Source of the DNA: the human T2T-CHM13v2.0 reference genome, Homo sapiens
Assembly: GCA_009914755.4 (NCBI GenBank)
Contig: CP086569.2
Location: 61,632,001 to 61,696,000 of the forward strand
Length of the DNA stretch: 64,000 nucleotides
Reading direction: 5' to 3'
Within the stretch, counting starts at the first letter, position 1. Every line of letters begins with the position of its first letter. A program made the translations under genes and the position numbers. A model generated the notes under the pieces. The model was given only the letters and a program-made list of their open reading frames with translations, did no database searches and was not told the origin of the DNA. Of this stretch, positions 14,414 through 28,524 are shown one piece after another.

Positions 14414-17400
14414 ATGGATTGGAAAGGAATGGAATGGAATGGAATGGAATTGACTCAAATGGAATGGACTAGAATGGAATGGATTCGAATGGAAGGCAAA
14501 GTAATGGAATCTATTGGAATGGACTGTAATGGAATGGAATGGAAGGGATTGGAATGGACTCGAATGGAATGGACTGCAATAGAAAGGATTCGAATGGAAT
14601 GAAAAAGAATTGAATGGAATAGAACAGAATGGAATCAAATCGAATGAAATGGAATGGAATAGAAAGGAATGGAATGAAATGGAATGGAAAGGATTCGAAT
14701 GGAATGCAATCGAATGGAATGGAATCGAACGGAATGGAATAAAATGGAAGAAAACTGGCAAGAAATGGAATCGAAATGAATGGAGTGTTATGGAACGGAC
14801 TCAAAAGGAATTGAATGTAATAGAATGGAGTGGAGTGGACTCGAATATAATGGACTGGAATGGAATGAAATCACATGGAATGGGAACGAATGGAATGGAA
14901 TGGAAAGGAATGGAATCGAATGGAAAGGAATCGAATGGAAGGGAATGAAATTGAATCAACAGGAATGGAAGGGAGTAGAATAGACGGTAATGGAATGGAC
15001 TCGAATAGAATGCACACGAATGCTCAAATTGAATGGACTTGAATGGAATGGAAACGAAAGGAATGTCATCGAATGGAATTGAATCGATTGGAATGAAATC
15101 GCATAGAATGGAGTGGAATCAAATGGAATTGAATCGAAAGGAAAGGAAGCGAATGGACTGAAATGAAATGGAATGGAATTGAATGGAAAGTAATGCAATG
15201 GAATAGAATGGAACGAAATTTCACGGAATGGAATCAAACTGAATGGAATCAAATCAATGGAATCAAATCAAATGGAATGGAAAGGAATTGAATGGAATAG
15301 ATTGGATTGGATGGGATTGGAATGAAATTTACTGGAAAGGACTCGAATTTCATGAAACGGAATGGAATGAATTGGAACGGAATGGACTCGAATGGAATGG
15401 AATGTCATGGAATGGCATCAAACGGAATGGCATCAAATGGGATGGAATCGAATGCAATGGAATGCTATGGAATGGAATGGAATGCATTGGAATGGAATGT
15501 CCTCTAATGGAATGGATTCGGGTGGAATGGAATCGAATATAATGGAGTCGAATGAAATGGAATTGAAAGGAATGGGATCGAATACAATGGAATATACTGG
15601 AATGTAACGTAATGAACTCGAATGTAATTGACTGGAATGGAATGTACATGAACGGAATGTAATCGAATGGAAAGTAATCCAATGGAATAGAATCTAATGC
15701 AATAAAATCGACTGTAATAGAATAGAATGTAATAGAATGGAGTGCAGTGCAATGGAATGGAATGGAATGGAATGCAATGGAATGGAATGGAATGGAATGG
15801 AATGCAATGGGATGGAATGGTATGGAATGGATAGTAATGGACTGGAGTGAAATGGACTGGAAAGGAATGGACTCAAATTGAAAGGGCTCGAAAGGAATGG
15901 AGTCAAATGGAATGGTCTGGAATGGAATGAACACGAATGTAATGCAATCCAATAGAATGGAATCGAATGGCATGGAATATAAAGAAATGGAATCGAAGAG
16001 AATGGAAACAAATGGAATGGAATTGAATGGAATGGAAACGAATGGAGTGAAATTGTATGCAGTAGAAGAGAATAGAATGGAATGCAAGCGAAAGGAAAGG
16101 AATGGATTGGAATGGAATGGAATTCATTGGAATGGAATGGAATGTAGTGTAATGGACAGGCCTGGAATAAAGTGGAATGCTACGGTCTCGAATGGAATAA
16201 AAATGTATGGAATGGAATGCAATGAAACGGAATCGAATGTCATAGAATGTAATGGAATGCAAAAAAATGGACTCCAAAATCATTGACTGGAAAGGCTGGG
16301 TGTCGAAAGGAATTGACTCCAATGGAATGGAATCGAATGGAATGGAAGTGAATAGAATCGAACTAAATCGAATGGAATGGAATTGATAGGAACGGAATGG
16401 AAAGGAATGCAATGATTTGGCATGGAATGGAATCGAATGGCATCGAATGGAATGGAATGGAATGCAATGGAATGGAATGTATTAGAATGTAATGAACTTT
16501 AATGGAATGTACTCGAATGGATTCGACTGGAATGGAATGTTCTGGAAGTGAATGGACTCCAATGGAATGGATTCGAAAGGAATGGAATCGTACGGAATGG
16601 TAATCAATGGAATGGAATTAAATGGAAATGAATCAAATTGAATAGAACGGAATTGAATTGAATGGAATGGAATGCAATGGAATCTAATGAAACGGAAAGG
16701 AAAGGAATGGAATGGAATGGAATGGGCTGGAATGGAATGGAATCGAAACGAATGGAATGGAATCGAACTGAAGAAACTGGAATGGAATGCACTGGAATGG
16801 AAGGGAGTGTAATGGAAGGTTCTCGAAAAAAATGGAATCGAATGGAATGGAATTGAATAGAACGGAATAGAGTCGAATGGAATTGAATGGAATGGAATGG
16901 ACTAGAGTGAAATGGAATCGAACCACAAGGAATGGACAGGAATAGAATGGTCTCGAATTGAATGGAATCGTATGGAATGGCATCAAACGGAATGGAATGG
17001 ACAGCCACGGAATGGAATGTACTCGAATGCAATGGAGTCGAAACTAATGGACTGGAATAGAATGGACTCGACTGGTACGGACTCCAATGGAATGGAATCG
17101 AATGGAAGGGAATCGAACGGAATGGACTCGAAGGGAAAAGACTGCAATGGAAAGGTCTCGAATGGAATGGAAATTAATGGAATGGAATGGAATCGAAGGA
17201 AATGGAGTCAAAAGGAATGGAATCGAATGGCAAGAAATCGAATGTAATGGAATCGCAAGGAATTGATGTGAACGGAACGGAATGGAATGGAATCCAAAGG
17301 AATGGAATAGAATGGAATGGAATCGAATGGAAAGGACTCGAATGGAAATCACTCGAATAGAATGCAATTTAATAAAATAGGATCAAATGTAATGGAATGG

Positions 17401-17937
17401 AATGGAAAGGAATCGAAACGAAAGGAATGGAGACAGATGGAATGGAATGGAACAGAGAGCAATGGTATAGAATGGAATGGAATCATCTGGAATGGAATTG
17501 AATGGAATGGAATAACATGAAATGGAATGGAATGCCCTTGAATTAAATGGACTGGAATGGAGTGGACTCGAACAGAGTGGAATGGAAAGTGTTGAAATAG
17601 AATGGAATGGACTCCTTTGGAATGGTCTAGTATGCAATGCAATCGACTGGCAGGGAATCAAAAGGAATGTAATCGAATGGATTGGACTGGAATGCAATGG
17701 ACTCGAATAGATTGGAAACGGAATGCAAAGGAATGGAATGGAATAGTATGGAATGGAATGGAAAGGAATGGAGTGGAATAGACTAGAGTGGAATGGAATG
17801 GACTCAAAAGCAATGGACTGGAATGGAACTTTCTTGAATGGACTGGAATCAAACGGAATGGAATGCAATGCAATCAAATGGCATGGAATAAAATAGAATG
17901 AAAGAGAATCAAACGGAATTGAATCGAATGGAATCGA
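14414..17937 (+). repeat. HSat3 HOR unit U5 (3524 bp; -15 and -10 bp variants)
   Basis: Anchor at 14414. A 15-bp deletion near 16,035 leaves 'ggaatggaaacgaatgg'. A 10-bp contraction of a (ggaat)4 run sits near 17,521. It also carries 'ggtaatcaatgg' and 'aatagaacgg'. Confidence 0.8.
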
Positions 17938-20900
17938 ATGGATTGGAAAGGAATAGAATGGAATGGAATGGAATTGACTCAAATGGAATGGACTAGAATG
18001 GAATGGATTCGAATGGAAGGCAAAGGAATGGAATCTATTGGAATGGACTGTAATGGAATGGAATGGAAGGGATTGGAATGGACTCGAATGGAATGGACTG
18101 CAATAGAAAGGATTCGAATGGAATGAAAAAGAATTGAATGGAATAGAACAGAATGGAATCAAATCGAATGAAATGGAATGGAATAGAAAGGAATGGAATG
18201 AAATGGAATGGAAAAGATTCGAATGGAATGCAATCGAATGGAATGGAATCGAACGGAATGTAATAAAATGGAAGAAAACTGGCAAGAAATGGAATCGAAA
18301 TGAATGGAGTGTTATGGAACGGACTCAAAAGGAATTGAATGTAATAGAATGGAGTGGAGTGGACTCGAATATAATGGACTGGAATGGAATGAAATCACAT
18401 GGAATGGGAACGAATGGAATGGAATGGAAAGGAATGGAATCAAATGGAAAGGAATCGAATGGAAGGGAATGAAATTGAATCAACAGGAATGGAAGGGAAT
18501 AGAATAGACGGTAATGGAATGGACTCGAATAGAATGCACACGAATGCTCAAATTGAATGGACTCGAATGGAATGGAAACGAAAGGAATGTCATCGAATGG
18601 AATTGAATCGATTGGAATGAAATCGCATAGAATGGAGTGGAATCAAATGGAATTGAATCGAAAGGAAAGGAAGCGAATGGACTGAAATGAAATGGAATGG
18701 AATTGAATGGAAAGTAATGCAATGGAATAGAATGGAACGAAATTTCACGGAATGGAATCAAACTGAATGGAATCAAATCAATGGAATATAATCAAATGGA
18801 ATGGAAAGGAATTGAATGGAGTAGATTGGATTGGATGGGATTGGAATGAAATGTACTGGAAAGGACTCGAATTTCATGAAACGGAATGGAATGAATTGGA
18901 ACGGAATGGACTCGAATGGAATGGAATGTCATGGAATGGCATCAAACGGAATGGCATCAAATGGGATGGAATCGAATGCAATGGAATGCTATGGAATGGA
19001 ATGGAATGCATTGGAATGGAATGTCCTCTAATGGAATGGATTCGGGTGGAATGGAATCGAATATAATGGAGTCGAATGAAATGGAATTGAAAGGAATGGG
19101 ATCGAATACAATGGAATATACTGGAATGTAACGTAATGAACTCGAATGTAATTGACTGGAATGGAATGTACATGAACGGAATGTAATCGAATGGAAAGTA
19201 ATCCAATGGAATAGAATCTAATGCAATAAAATTGACTGTAATAGAATAGAATGTAATGGAATGGAGTGCAGTGCAATGGAATGGAATGGAATGGAATGGA
19301 ATGCAATGGGATGGAATGGTATGGAATGGATAGTAATGGACTGGAGTGAAATGGACTGGAAAGGAATGGACTCAAATTGAAAGGGCTCGAAAGGAATGGA
19401 GTCAAATGGAATGGTCTGGAATGGAATGAACACGAATGTAATGCAATCCAATAGAATGGAATCGAATGGCATGGAATATAAAGAAATGGAATCGAAGAGA
19501 ATGGAAACAAATGGAATGGAATTGAATGGAATGGAATTGAATGGAATGGGAACGAATGGAGTGAAATTGTATGCAGTAGAAGAGAATAGAATGGAATGCA
19601 AGCGAAAGGAAAGGAATGGATTGGAATGGAATGGAATTCATTGGAATGGAAGGGAATGTAGTGTAATGGACAGGCCTGGAATAAAGTGGAATGCTACGGT
19701 CTCGAATGGAATAAAAATGTATGGAATGGAATGCAATGAAACGGAATCGAATGTCATAGAATGTAATGGAATGCAAAAAAATGGACTCCAAAATCATTGA
19801 CTGGAAAGGCTGGGTGTCGAAAGGAATTGACTCCAATGGAATGGAATCGAATGGAATGGAAGTGAATAGAATCGAACTAAATCGAATGGAATGGAATTGA
19901 TAGGAACGGAATGGAAAGGAATGCAATGATTTGGCATGGAATGGAATCGAATGGCATCGAATGGAATGGAATGGAATGCAATGGAATGGAATGTATTAGA
20001 ATGTAATGAACTTTAATGGAATGTACTCGAATGGATTCGACTGGAATGGAATGTTCTGGAAGTGAATGGACTCCAATGGAATGGATTCGAAAGGAATGGA
20101 ATCGTACGGAATGGTATCCAATGGAATGGAATTAAATGGAAATGAATCAAATTGAATAGCACGGAATTGAATTGAATGGAATCGAATGCAATGGAATCTA
20201 ATGAAACGGAAAGGAAAGGAATGGAATGGAATGGAATGGGCTGGAATGGAATGGAATCGAAACGAATGGAATGGAATCGAACTGAAGAGACTGGAATGGA
20301 ATGCACTGGAATGGAAGGGAGTGTAATGGAAGGTTCTCGAAAAAAATGGAATCGAATGGAATGGAATTGAATGGAACGGAATAGAGTCGAATGGAATTGA
20401 ATGGAATGGAATGGACTAGAGTGAAATGGAATCGAACCACAAGGAATGGACAGGAATAGAATGGTCTCGAATTGAATGGAATCGTATGGAATGGCATCAA
20501 ACGGAATGGAATGGACAGCCACGGAATGGAATGCACTCGAATGCAATGGAGTCGAAACTAATGGACTGGAATAGAATGGACTCGTCTGGTACGGACTCCA
20601 ATGGAATGGAATCGAATGCAAGGGAATCGAACGGAATGGACTCGAAGGGAAAAGACTGCAATGGAAAGGTCTCGAATGGAATGGAAATTAATGGAATGGA
20701 ATGGAATCGAATGAAATGGAGTCAAAAGGAATGGAATCGAATGGCAAGAAATCGAATGTAATGGAATCGCAAGGAATTGATGTGAACGGAACAGAATGGA
20801 ATGGAATCCAAAGGAATGGAATAGAATGGAATGGAATCGAATGGAAAGGACTCGAATGGAAATCACTCGAATAGAATGCAATTTAATAAAATAGGATCAA

Positions 20901-21451
20901 ATGTAATGGAATGGAATGGAAAGGAATCGAAACGAAAGGAATGGAGACAGATGGAATGGAATGGAACAGAGAGCAATGGTATAGAATGGAATGGAATCAT
21001 CTGGAATGGAATTGAATGGAATGGAATAACATGAAATGGAATGGAATGCCCTTGAATTAAATGGACTGGAATGGAGTGGACTCGAACAGAGTGGAATGGA
21101 AAGTGTTGAAATAGAATGGAATGGACTCCTTTGGAATGGTCTAGTATGCAATGCAATCGACTGGCAGGGAATCAAAAGGAATGTAATCGAATGGATTGGA
21201 CTGGAATGCAATGGACTCGAATAGATTGGAAACGGAATGCAAAGGAATGGAATGGAATAGTATGGAATGGAATGGAAAGGAATGGAGTGGAATAGACTAG
21301 AGTGGAATGGAATGGACTCAAAAGCAATGGACTGGAATGGAACTTTCTTGAATGGACTGGAATCAAACGGAATGGAATGCAATGCAATCAAATGGCATGG
21401 AATAAAATAGAATGAAAGAGAATCAAACGGAATTGAATCGAATGGAATCGA
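17938..21451 (+). repeat. HSat3 HOR unit U6 (3514 bp; -25 and -10 bp variants)
   Basis: Anchor at 17938. A 25-bp loss of one (ggaat)4gc block sits near 19,290. The same 10-bp contraction sits near 21,040. Confidence 0.8.
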
Positions 21452-24400
21452 ATGGATTGGAAAGGAATAGAATGGAATGGAATGGAATTGACTCAAATGG
21501 AATGGACTAGAATGGAATGGATTCGAATGGAAGGCAAAGGAATGGAATCTATTGGAATGGACTGTAATGGAATGGAATGGAAGGGATTGGAATGGACTCG
21601 AATGGAATGGACTGCAATAGAAAGGATTCGAATGGAATGAAAAAGAATTGAATGGAATAGAACAGAATGGAATCAAATCGAATGAAATGGAATGGAATAG
21701 AAAGGAATGGAATGAAATGGAATGGAAAGGATTCGAATGGAATGCAATCGAATGGAATGGAATCGAACGGAATGTAATAAAATGGAAGAAAACTGGCAAG
21801 AAATGGAATCGAAATGAATGGAGTGTTATGGAACGGACTCAAAAGGAATTGAATGTAATAGAATGGAGTGGAGTGGACTCGAATATAATGGACTGGAATG
21901 GAATGAAATCACATGGAATGGGAACGAATGGAATGGAATGGAAAGGAATGGAATCAAATGGAAAGGAATCGAATGGAAGGGAATGAAATTGAATCAACAG
22001 GAATGGAAGGGAATAGAATAGACGGTAATGGAATGGACTCGAATAGAATGCACACGAATGCTCAAATTGAATGGACTCGAATGGAATGGAAACGAAAGGA
22101 ATGTCATCGAATGGAATTGAATCGATTGGAATGAAATCACATAGAATGGAGTGGAATCAAATGGAATTGAATCGAAAGGAAAGGAAGCGAATGGACTGAA
22201 ATGAAATGGAATGGAATTGAATGGAAAGTAATGCAATGGAATAGAATGGAACGAAATTTCACGGAATGGAATCAAACTGAATGGAATCAAATCAATGGAA
22301 TATAATCAAATGGAATGGAAAGGAATTGAATGGAGTAGATTGGATTGGATGGGATTGGAATGAAATTTACTGGAAAGGACTCGAATTTCATGAAACGGAA
22401 TGGAATGAATTGGAACGGAATGGACTCGAATGGAATGGAATGTCATGGAATGGCATCAAACGGAATGGCATCAAATGGGATGGAATCGAATGCAATGGAA
22501 TGCTATGGAATGGAATGGAATGCATTGGAATGGAATGTCCTCTAATGGAATGGATTCGAGTGGAATGGAATCGAATATAATGGAGTCGAATGAAATGGAA
22601 TTGAAAGGAATGGGATCGAATACAATGGAATATACTGGAATGTAACGTAATGAACTCGAATGTAATTGACTGGAATGGAATGTACATGAATGGAATGTAA
22701 TCGAATGGAAAGTAATCCAATGGAATAGAATCTAATGCAATAAAATCGACTGTAATAGAATAGAATGTAATGGAATGGAGAGCAGTGCAATGGAATGGAA
22801 TGGAACGGAATGCAATGGAATGGAATGGAATGGAATGGAATGCAATGGGATGGAATGGTATGGAATGGATAGTAATGGACTGGAGTGAAATGGACTGGAA
22901 AGGAATGGACTCAAATTGAAAGGGCTCGAAAGGAATGGAGTCAAATGGAATGGTCTGGAATGGAATGAACACGAATGTAATGCAATCCAATAGAATGGAA
23001 TCGAATGGCATGGAATATAAAGAAATGGAATCGAAGAGAATGGAAACAAATGGAATGGAATTGAATGGAATGGGAACGAATGGAGTGAAATTGTATGCAG
23101 TAGAAGAGAATAGAATGGAATGCAAGCGAAAGGAAAGGAATGGATTGGAATGGAATGTAATTCATTGGAATGGAAGGGAATGTAGTGTAATGGACAGGCC
23201 TGGAATAAAGTGGAATGCTACGGTCTCGAATGGAATAAAAATGTATGGAATGGAATGCAATGAAACGGAATCGAATGTCATAGAATGTAATGGAATGCAA
23301 AAAAATGGACTCCAAAATCATTGACTGGAAAGGCTGGGTGTCGAAAGGAATTGACTCCAATGGAATGGAATCGAATGGAATGGAAGTGAATAGAATCGAA
23401 CTAAATCGAATGGAATGGAATTGATAGGAACGGAATAGAAAGGAATGCAATGATTTGGCATGGAATGGAATCGAATGGCATCGAATGGAATGGAATGGAA
23501 TGCAATGGAATGGAATGTATTAGAATGTAATGAACTTTAATGGAATGTACTCGAATGGATTCGACTGGAATGGAATGTTCTGGAAGTGAATGGACTCCAA
23601 TGGAATGGATTCGAAAGGAATGGAATCGTACGGAATGGTAACCAATGGAATGGAATTAAATGGAAATGAATCAAATTGAATAGAACGGAATTGAATTGAA
23701 TGGAATCGAATGCAATGGAATCTAATGAAACGGAAAGAAAAGGAATGGAATGGAATGGAATGGGCTGGAATGGAATGGAATCGAAACGAATGGAATGGAA
23801 TCGAACTGAAGAGACTGGAATGGAATGCACTGGAATGGAAGGGAGTGTAATGGAAGGTTCTCGAAAAAAATGGAAACGAATGGAATGGAATTGAATGGAA
23901 CGGAATAGAGTCGAATGGAATTGAATGGAATGGAATGGACTAGAGTGAAATGGAATCGAACCACAAGGAATGGACAGGAATAGAATGGTCTCGAATTGAA
24001 TGGAATCGTATGGAATGGCATCAAACGGAATGGAATGGACAGCCACGGAATGGAATGTACTCGAATGCAATGGAGTCGAAACTAATGGACTGGAATAGAA
24101 TGGACTCGACTGGTACGGACTCCAATGGAATGGAATCGAATGGAAGGGAATCGAACGGAATGGACTCGAAGGGAAAAGACTGCAATGGAAAGGTCTCGAA
24201 TGGAATGGAAATTAATGGAATGGAATGGAATCGAAGGAAATGGAGTCAAAAGGAATGGAATCGAATGGCAAGAAATCGAATGTAATGGAATCGCAAGGAA
24301 TTGATGTGAACGGAACGGAATGGAATGGAATCCAAAGGAATGGAATAGAATGGAATGGAATCGAATGGAAAGGACTCGAATGGAAATCACTCGAATAGAA

Positions 24401-24975
24401 TGCAATTTAATAAAATAGGATCAAATGTAATGGAATGGAATGGAAAGGAATCGAAACGAAAGGAATGGAGACAGATGGAATGGAATGGAACAGAGAGCAA
24501 TGGTATAGAATGGAATGGAATCATCTGGAATGGAATTGAATGGAATGGAATAACATGAAATGGAATGGAATGCCCTTGAATTAAATGGACTGGAATGGAG
24601 TGGACTCGAACAGAGTGGAATGGAAAGTGTTGAAATAGAATGGAATGGACTCCTTTGGAATGGTCTAGTATGCAATGCAATCGACTGGCAGGGAATCAAA
24701 AGGAATGTAATCGAATGGATTGGACTGGAATGCAATGGACTCGAATAGATTGGAAACGGAATGCAAAGGAATGGAATGGAATAGTATGGAATGGAATGGA
24801 AAGGAATGGAGTGGAATAGACTAGAGTGGAATGGAATGGACTCAAAAGCAATGGACTGGAATGGAACTTTCTTGAATGGACTGGAATCAAACGGAATGGA
24901 ATGCAATGCAATCAAATGGCATGGAATAAAATAGAATGAAAGAGAATCAAACGGAATTGAATCGAATGGAATCGA
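21452..24975 (+). repeat. HSat3 HOR unit U7 (3524 bp; -15 and -10 bp variants)
   Basis: Anchor at 21452. A 15-bp deletion near 23,065 leaves 'ggaatgggaacgaatgg', a different breakpoint from U5. It carries 'ggtaaccaatgg', 'atggaaacgaatgg' and a 10-bp contraction near 24,560. Confidence 0.8.
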
Positions 24976-27900
24976 ATGGATTGGAAAGGAATAGAATGGA
25001 ATGGAATGGAATTGACTCAAATGGAATGGACTAGAATGGAATGGATTCGAATGGAAGGCAAAGGAATGGAATCTATTGGAATGGACTGTAATGGAATGGA
25101 ATGGAAGGGATTGGAATGGACTCGAATGGAATGGACTGCAATAGAAAGGATTCGAATGGAATGAAAAAGAATTGAATGGAATAGAACAGAATGGAATCAA
25201 ATCGAATGAAATGGAATGGAATAGAAAGGAATGGAATGAAATGGAATGGAAAGGATTCGAATGGAATGCAATCGAATGGAATGGAATCGAACAGAATGTA
25301 ATAAAATGGAAGAAAACTGGCAAGAAATGGAATCGAAATGAATGGAGTGTTATGGAACGGACTCAAAAGGAATTGAATGTAATAGAATGGAGTGGAGTGG
25401 ACTCGAATATAATGGACTGGAATGGAATGAAATCACATGGAATGGGAACGAATGGAATGGAATGGAAAGGAATGGAATCAAATGGAAAGGAATCGAATGG
25501 AAGGGAATGAAATTGAATCAACAGGAATGGAAGGGAATAGAATAGACGGTAATGGAATGGACTCGAATAGAATGCACACGAATGCTCAAATTGAATGGAC
25601 TCGAATGGAATGGAAACGAAAGGAATGTCATCGAATGGAATTGAATCGATTGGAATGAAATCGCATAGAATGCAGTGGAATCAAATGGAATTGAATCGAA
25701 AGGAAAGGAAGCGAATGGACTGAAATGAAATGGAATGGAATTGAATGGAAAGTAATGCAATGGAATAGAATGGAACGAAATTTCACGGAATGGAATCAAA
25801 CTGAATGGAATCAAATCAATGGAATATAATCAAATGGAATGGAAAGGAATTGAATGGAGTAGATTGGATTGGATGGGATTGGAATGAAATTTACTGGAAA
25901 GGACTCGAATTTCATGAAACGGAATGGAATGAATTGGAACGGAATGGACTCGAATGGAATGGAATGTCATGGAATGGCATCAAACGGAATGGCATCAAAT
26001 GGGATGGAATCGAATGCAATGGAATGCTATGGAATGGAATGGAATGCATTGGAATGGAATGTCCTCTAATGGAATGGATTCGGGTGGAATGGAATCGAAT
26101 ATAATGGAGTCGAATGAAATGGAATTGAAAGGAATGGGATCGAATACAATTGAATATACTGGAATGTAACGTAATGAACTCGAATGTAATTAACTGGAAT
26201 GGAATGTACATGAACGGAATGTAATGGAATGGAAAGTAATCCAATGGAATAGAATCTAATGCAATAAAATTGACTGTAATAGAATAGAATGTAATGGAAT
26301 GGAGTGCAGTGCAATGGAATGGAATGGAATGGAATGCAATGGAATGGAATGGAATGGAATGGAATGCAATGGGATGGAATGGTATGGAATGGATAGTAAT
26401 GGACTGGAGTGAAATGGACTGGAAAGGAATGGACTCAAATTGAAAGGGCTCGAAAGGAATGGAGTCAAATGGAATGGTCTGGAATGGAATGAACACGAAT
26501 GTAATGCAATCCAATAGAATGGAATCGAATGGCAAGGAATATAAAGAAATGGAATCGAAGAGAATGGAAACAAATGGAATGGAATTGAATGGAATGGAAT
26601 TGAATGGAATGGGAACGAATGGAGTGAAATTGTATGCAGTAGAAGAGAATAGAATGGAATGCAAGCGAAAGGAAAGGAATGGATTGGAATGGAATGGAAT
26701 TCATTGGAATGGAAGGGAATGTAGTGTAATGGACAGGCCTGGAATAAAGTGGAATGCTACGGTCTCGAATGGAATAAAAATGTATGGAATGGAATGCAAT
26801 GAAACGGAATCGAATGTCATAGAATGTAATGGAATGCAAAAAAATGGACTCCAAAATCATTGACTGGAAAGGCTGGGTGTCGAAAGGAATTGACTCCAAT
26901 GGAATGGAATCGAATGGAATGGAAGTGAATAGAATCGAACTAAATCGAATGGAATGGAATTGATAGGAACGGAATGGAAAGGAATGCAATGATTTGGCAT
27001 GGAATGGAATCGAATGGCATAGAATGGAATGGAATGGAATGCAATGGAATGGAATGTATTAGAATGTAATGAACTTTAATGGAATGTACTCGAATGGATT
27101 CGACTGGAATGGAATGTTCTGGAAGTGAATGGACTCCAATGGAATGGATTCGAAAGGAATGGAATCGTACGGAATGGTATCCAATGGAATGGAATTAAAT
27201 GGAAATGAATCAAATTGAATAGCACGGAATTGAATTGAATGGAATCGAATGCAATGGAATCTAATGAAACGGAAAGGAAAGGAATGGAATGGAATGGAAT
27301 GGGCTGGAATGGAATGGAATCGAAACGAATGGAATGGAATCGAACTGAAGAGACTGGAATGGAATGCACTGGAATGGAAGGGAGTGTAATGGAAGGTTCT
27401 CGAAAAAAATGGAATCGAATGGAATGGAATTGAATGGAACGGAATAGAGTCGAATGGAATTGAATGGAATGGAATGGACTAGAGTGAAATGGAATCGAAC
27501 CACAAGGAATGGACAGGAATAGAATGGTCTCGAATTGAATGGAATCGTATGGAATGGCATCAAACGGAATGGAATGGACAGCCACGGAATGGAATGCACT
27601 CGAATGCAATGGAGTCGAAACTAATGGACTGGAATAGAATGGACTCGACAGGTACGGACTCCAATGGAATGGAATCGAATGCAAGGGAATCGAACGGAAT
27701 GGACTCGAAGGGAAAAGACTGCAATGGAAAGGTCTCGAATGGAATGGAAATTAATGGAATGGAATGGAATCGAATGAAATGGAGTCAAAAGGAATGGAAT
27801 CGAATGGCAAGAAATCGAATGTAATGGAATCGCAAGGAATTGATGTGAACGGAACGGAATGGAATGGAATCCAAAGGAATGGAATAGAATGGAATGGAAT

Positions 27901-28524
27901 CGAATGGAAAGGACTCGAATGGAAATCACTCGAATAGAATGCAATTTAATAAAATAGGATCAAATGTAATGGAATGGAATGGAAAGGAATCGAAACGAAA
28001 GGAATGGAGACAGATGGAATGGAATGGAACAGAGAGCAATGGTATAGAATGGAATGGAATCATCTGGAATGGAATTGAATGGAATGGAATAACATGAAAT
28101 GGAATGGAATGGAATGGAATGCCCTTGAATTAAATGGACTGGAATGGAATGGACTCGAACAGAGTGGAATGGAAAGTGTTGAAATAGAATGGAATGGACT
28201 CCTTTGGAATGGTCTAGTATGCAATGCAATCGACTGGCAGGGAATCAAAAGGAATGTAATCGAATGGATTGGACTGGAATGCAATGGACTCGAATAGATT
28301 GGAAACGGAATGCAAAGGAATGGAATGGAATAGTATGGAATGGAATGGAAAGGAATGGAGTGGAATAGACTAGAGTGGAATGGAATGGACTCAAAAGCAA
28401 TGGACTGGAATGGAACTTTCTTGAATGGACTGGAATCAAACGGAATGGAATGCAATGCAATCAAATGGCATGGAATAAAATAGAATGAAAGAGAATCAAA
28501 CGGAATTGAATCGAATGGAATCGA
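24976..28524 (+). repeat. HSat3 HOR unit U8 (3549 bp)
   Basis: Anchor at 24976. Private variants 'cgaacagaatgtaat' (IEQNVIK) and the YYIL codon change are shared only with U11. Confidence 0.8.
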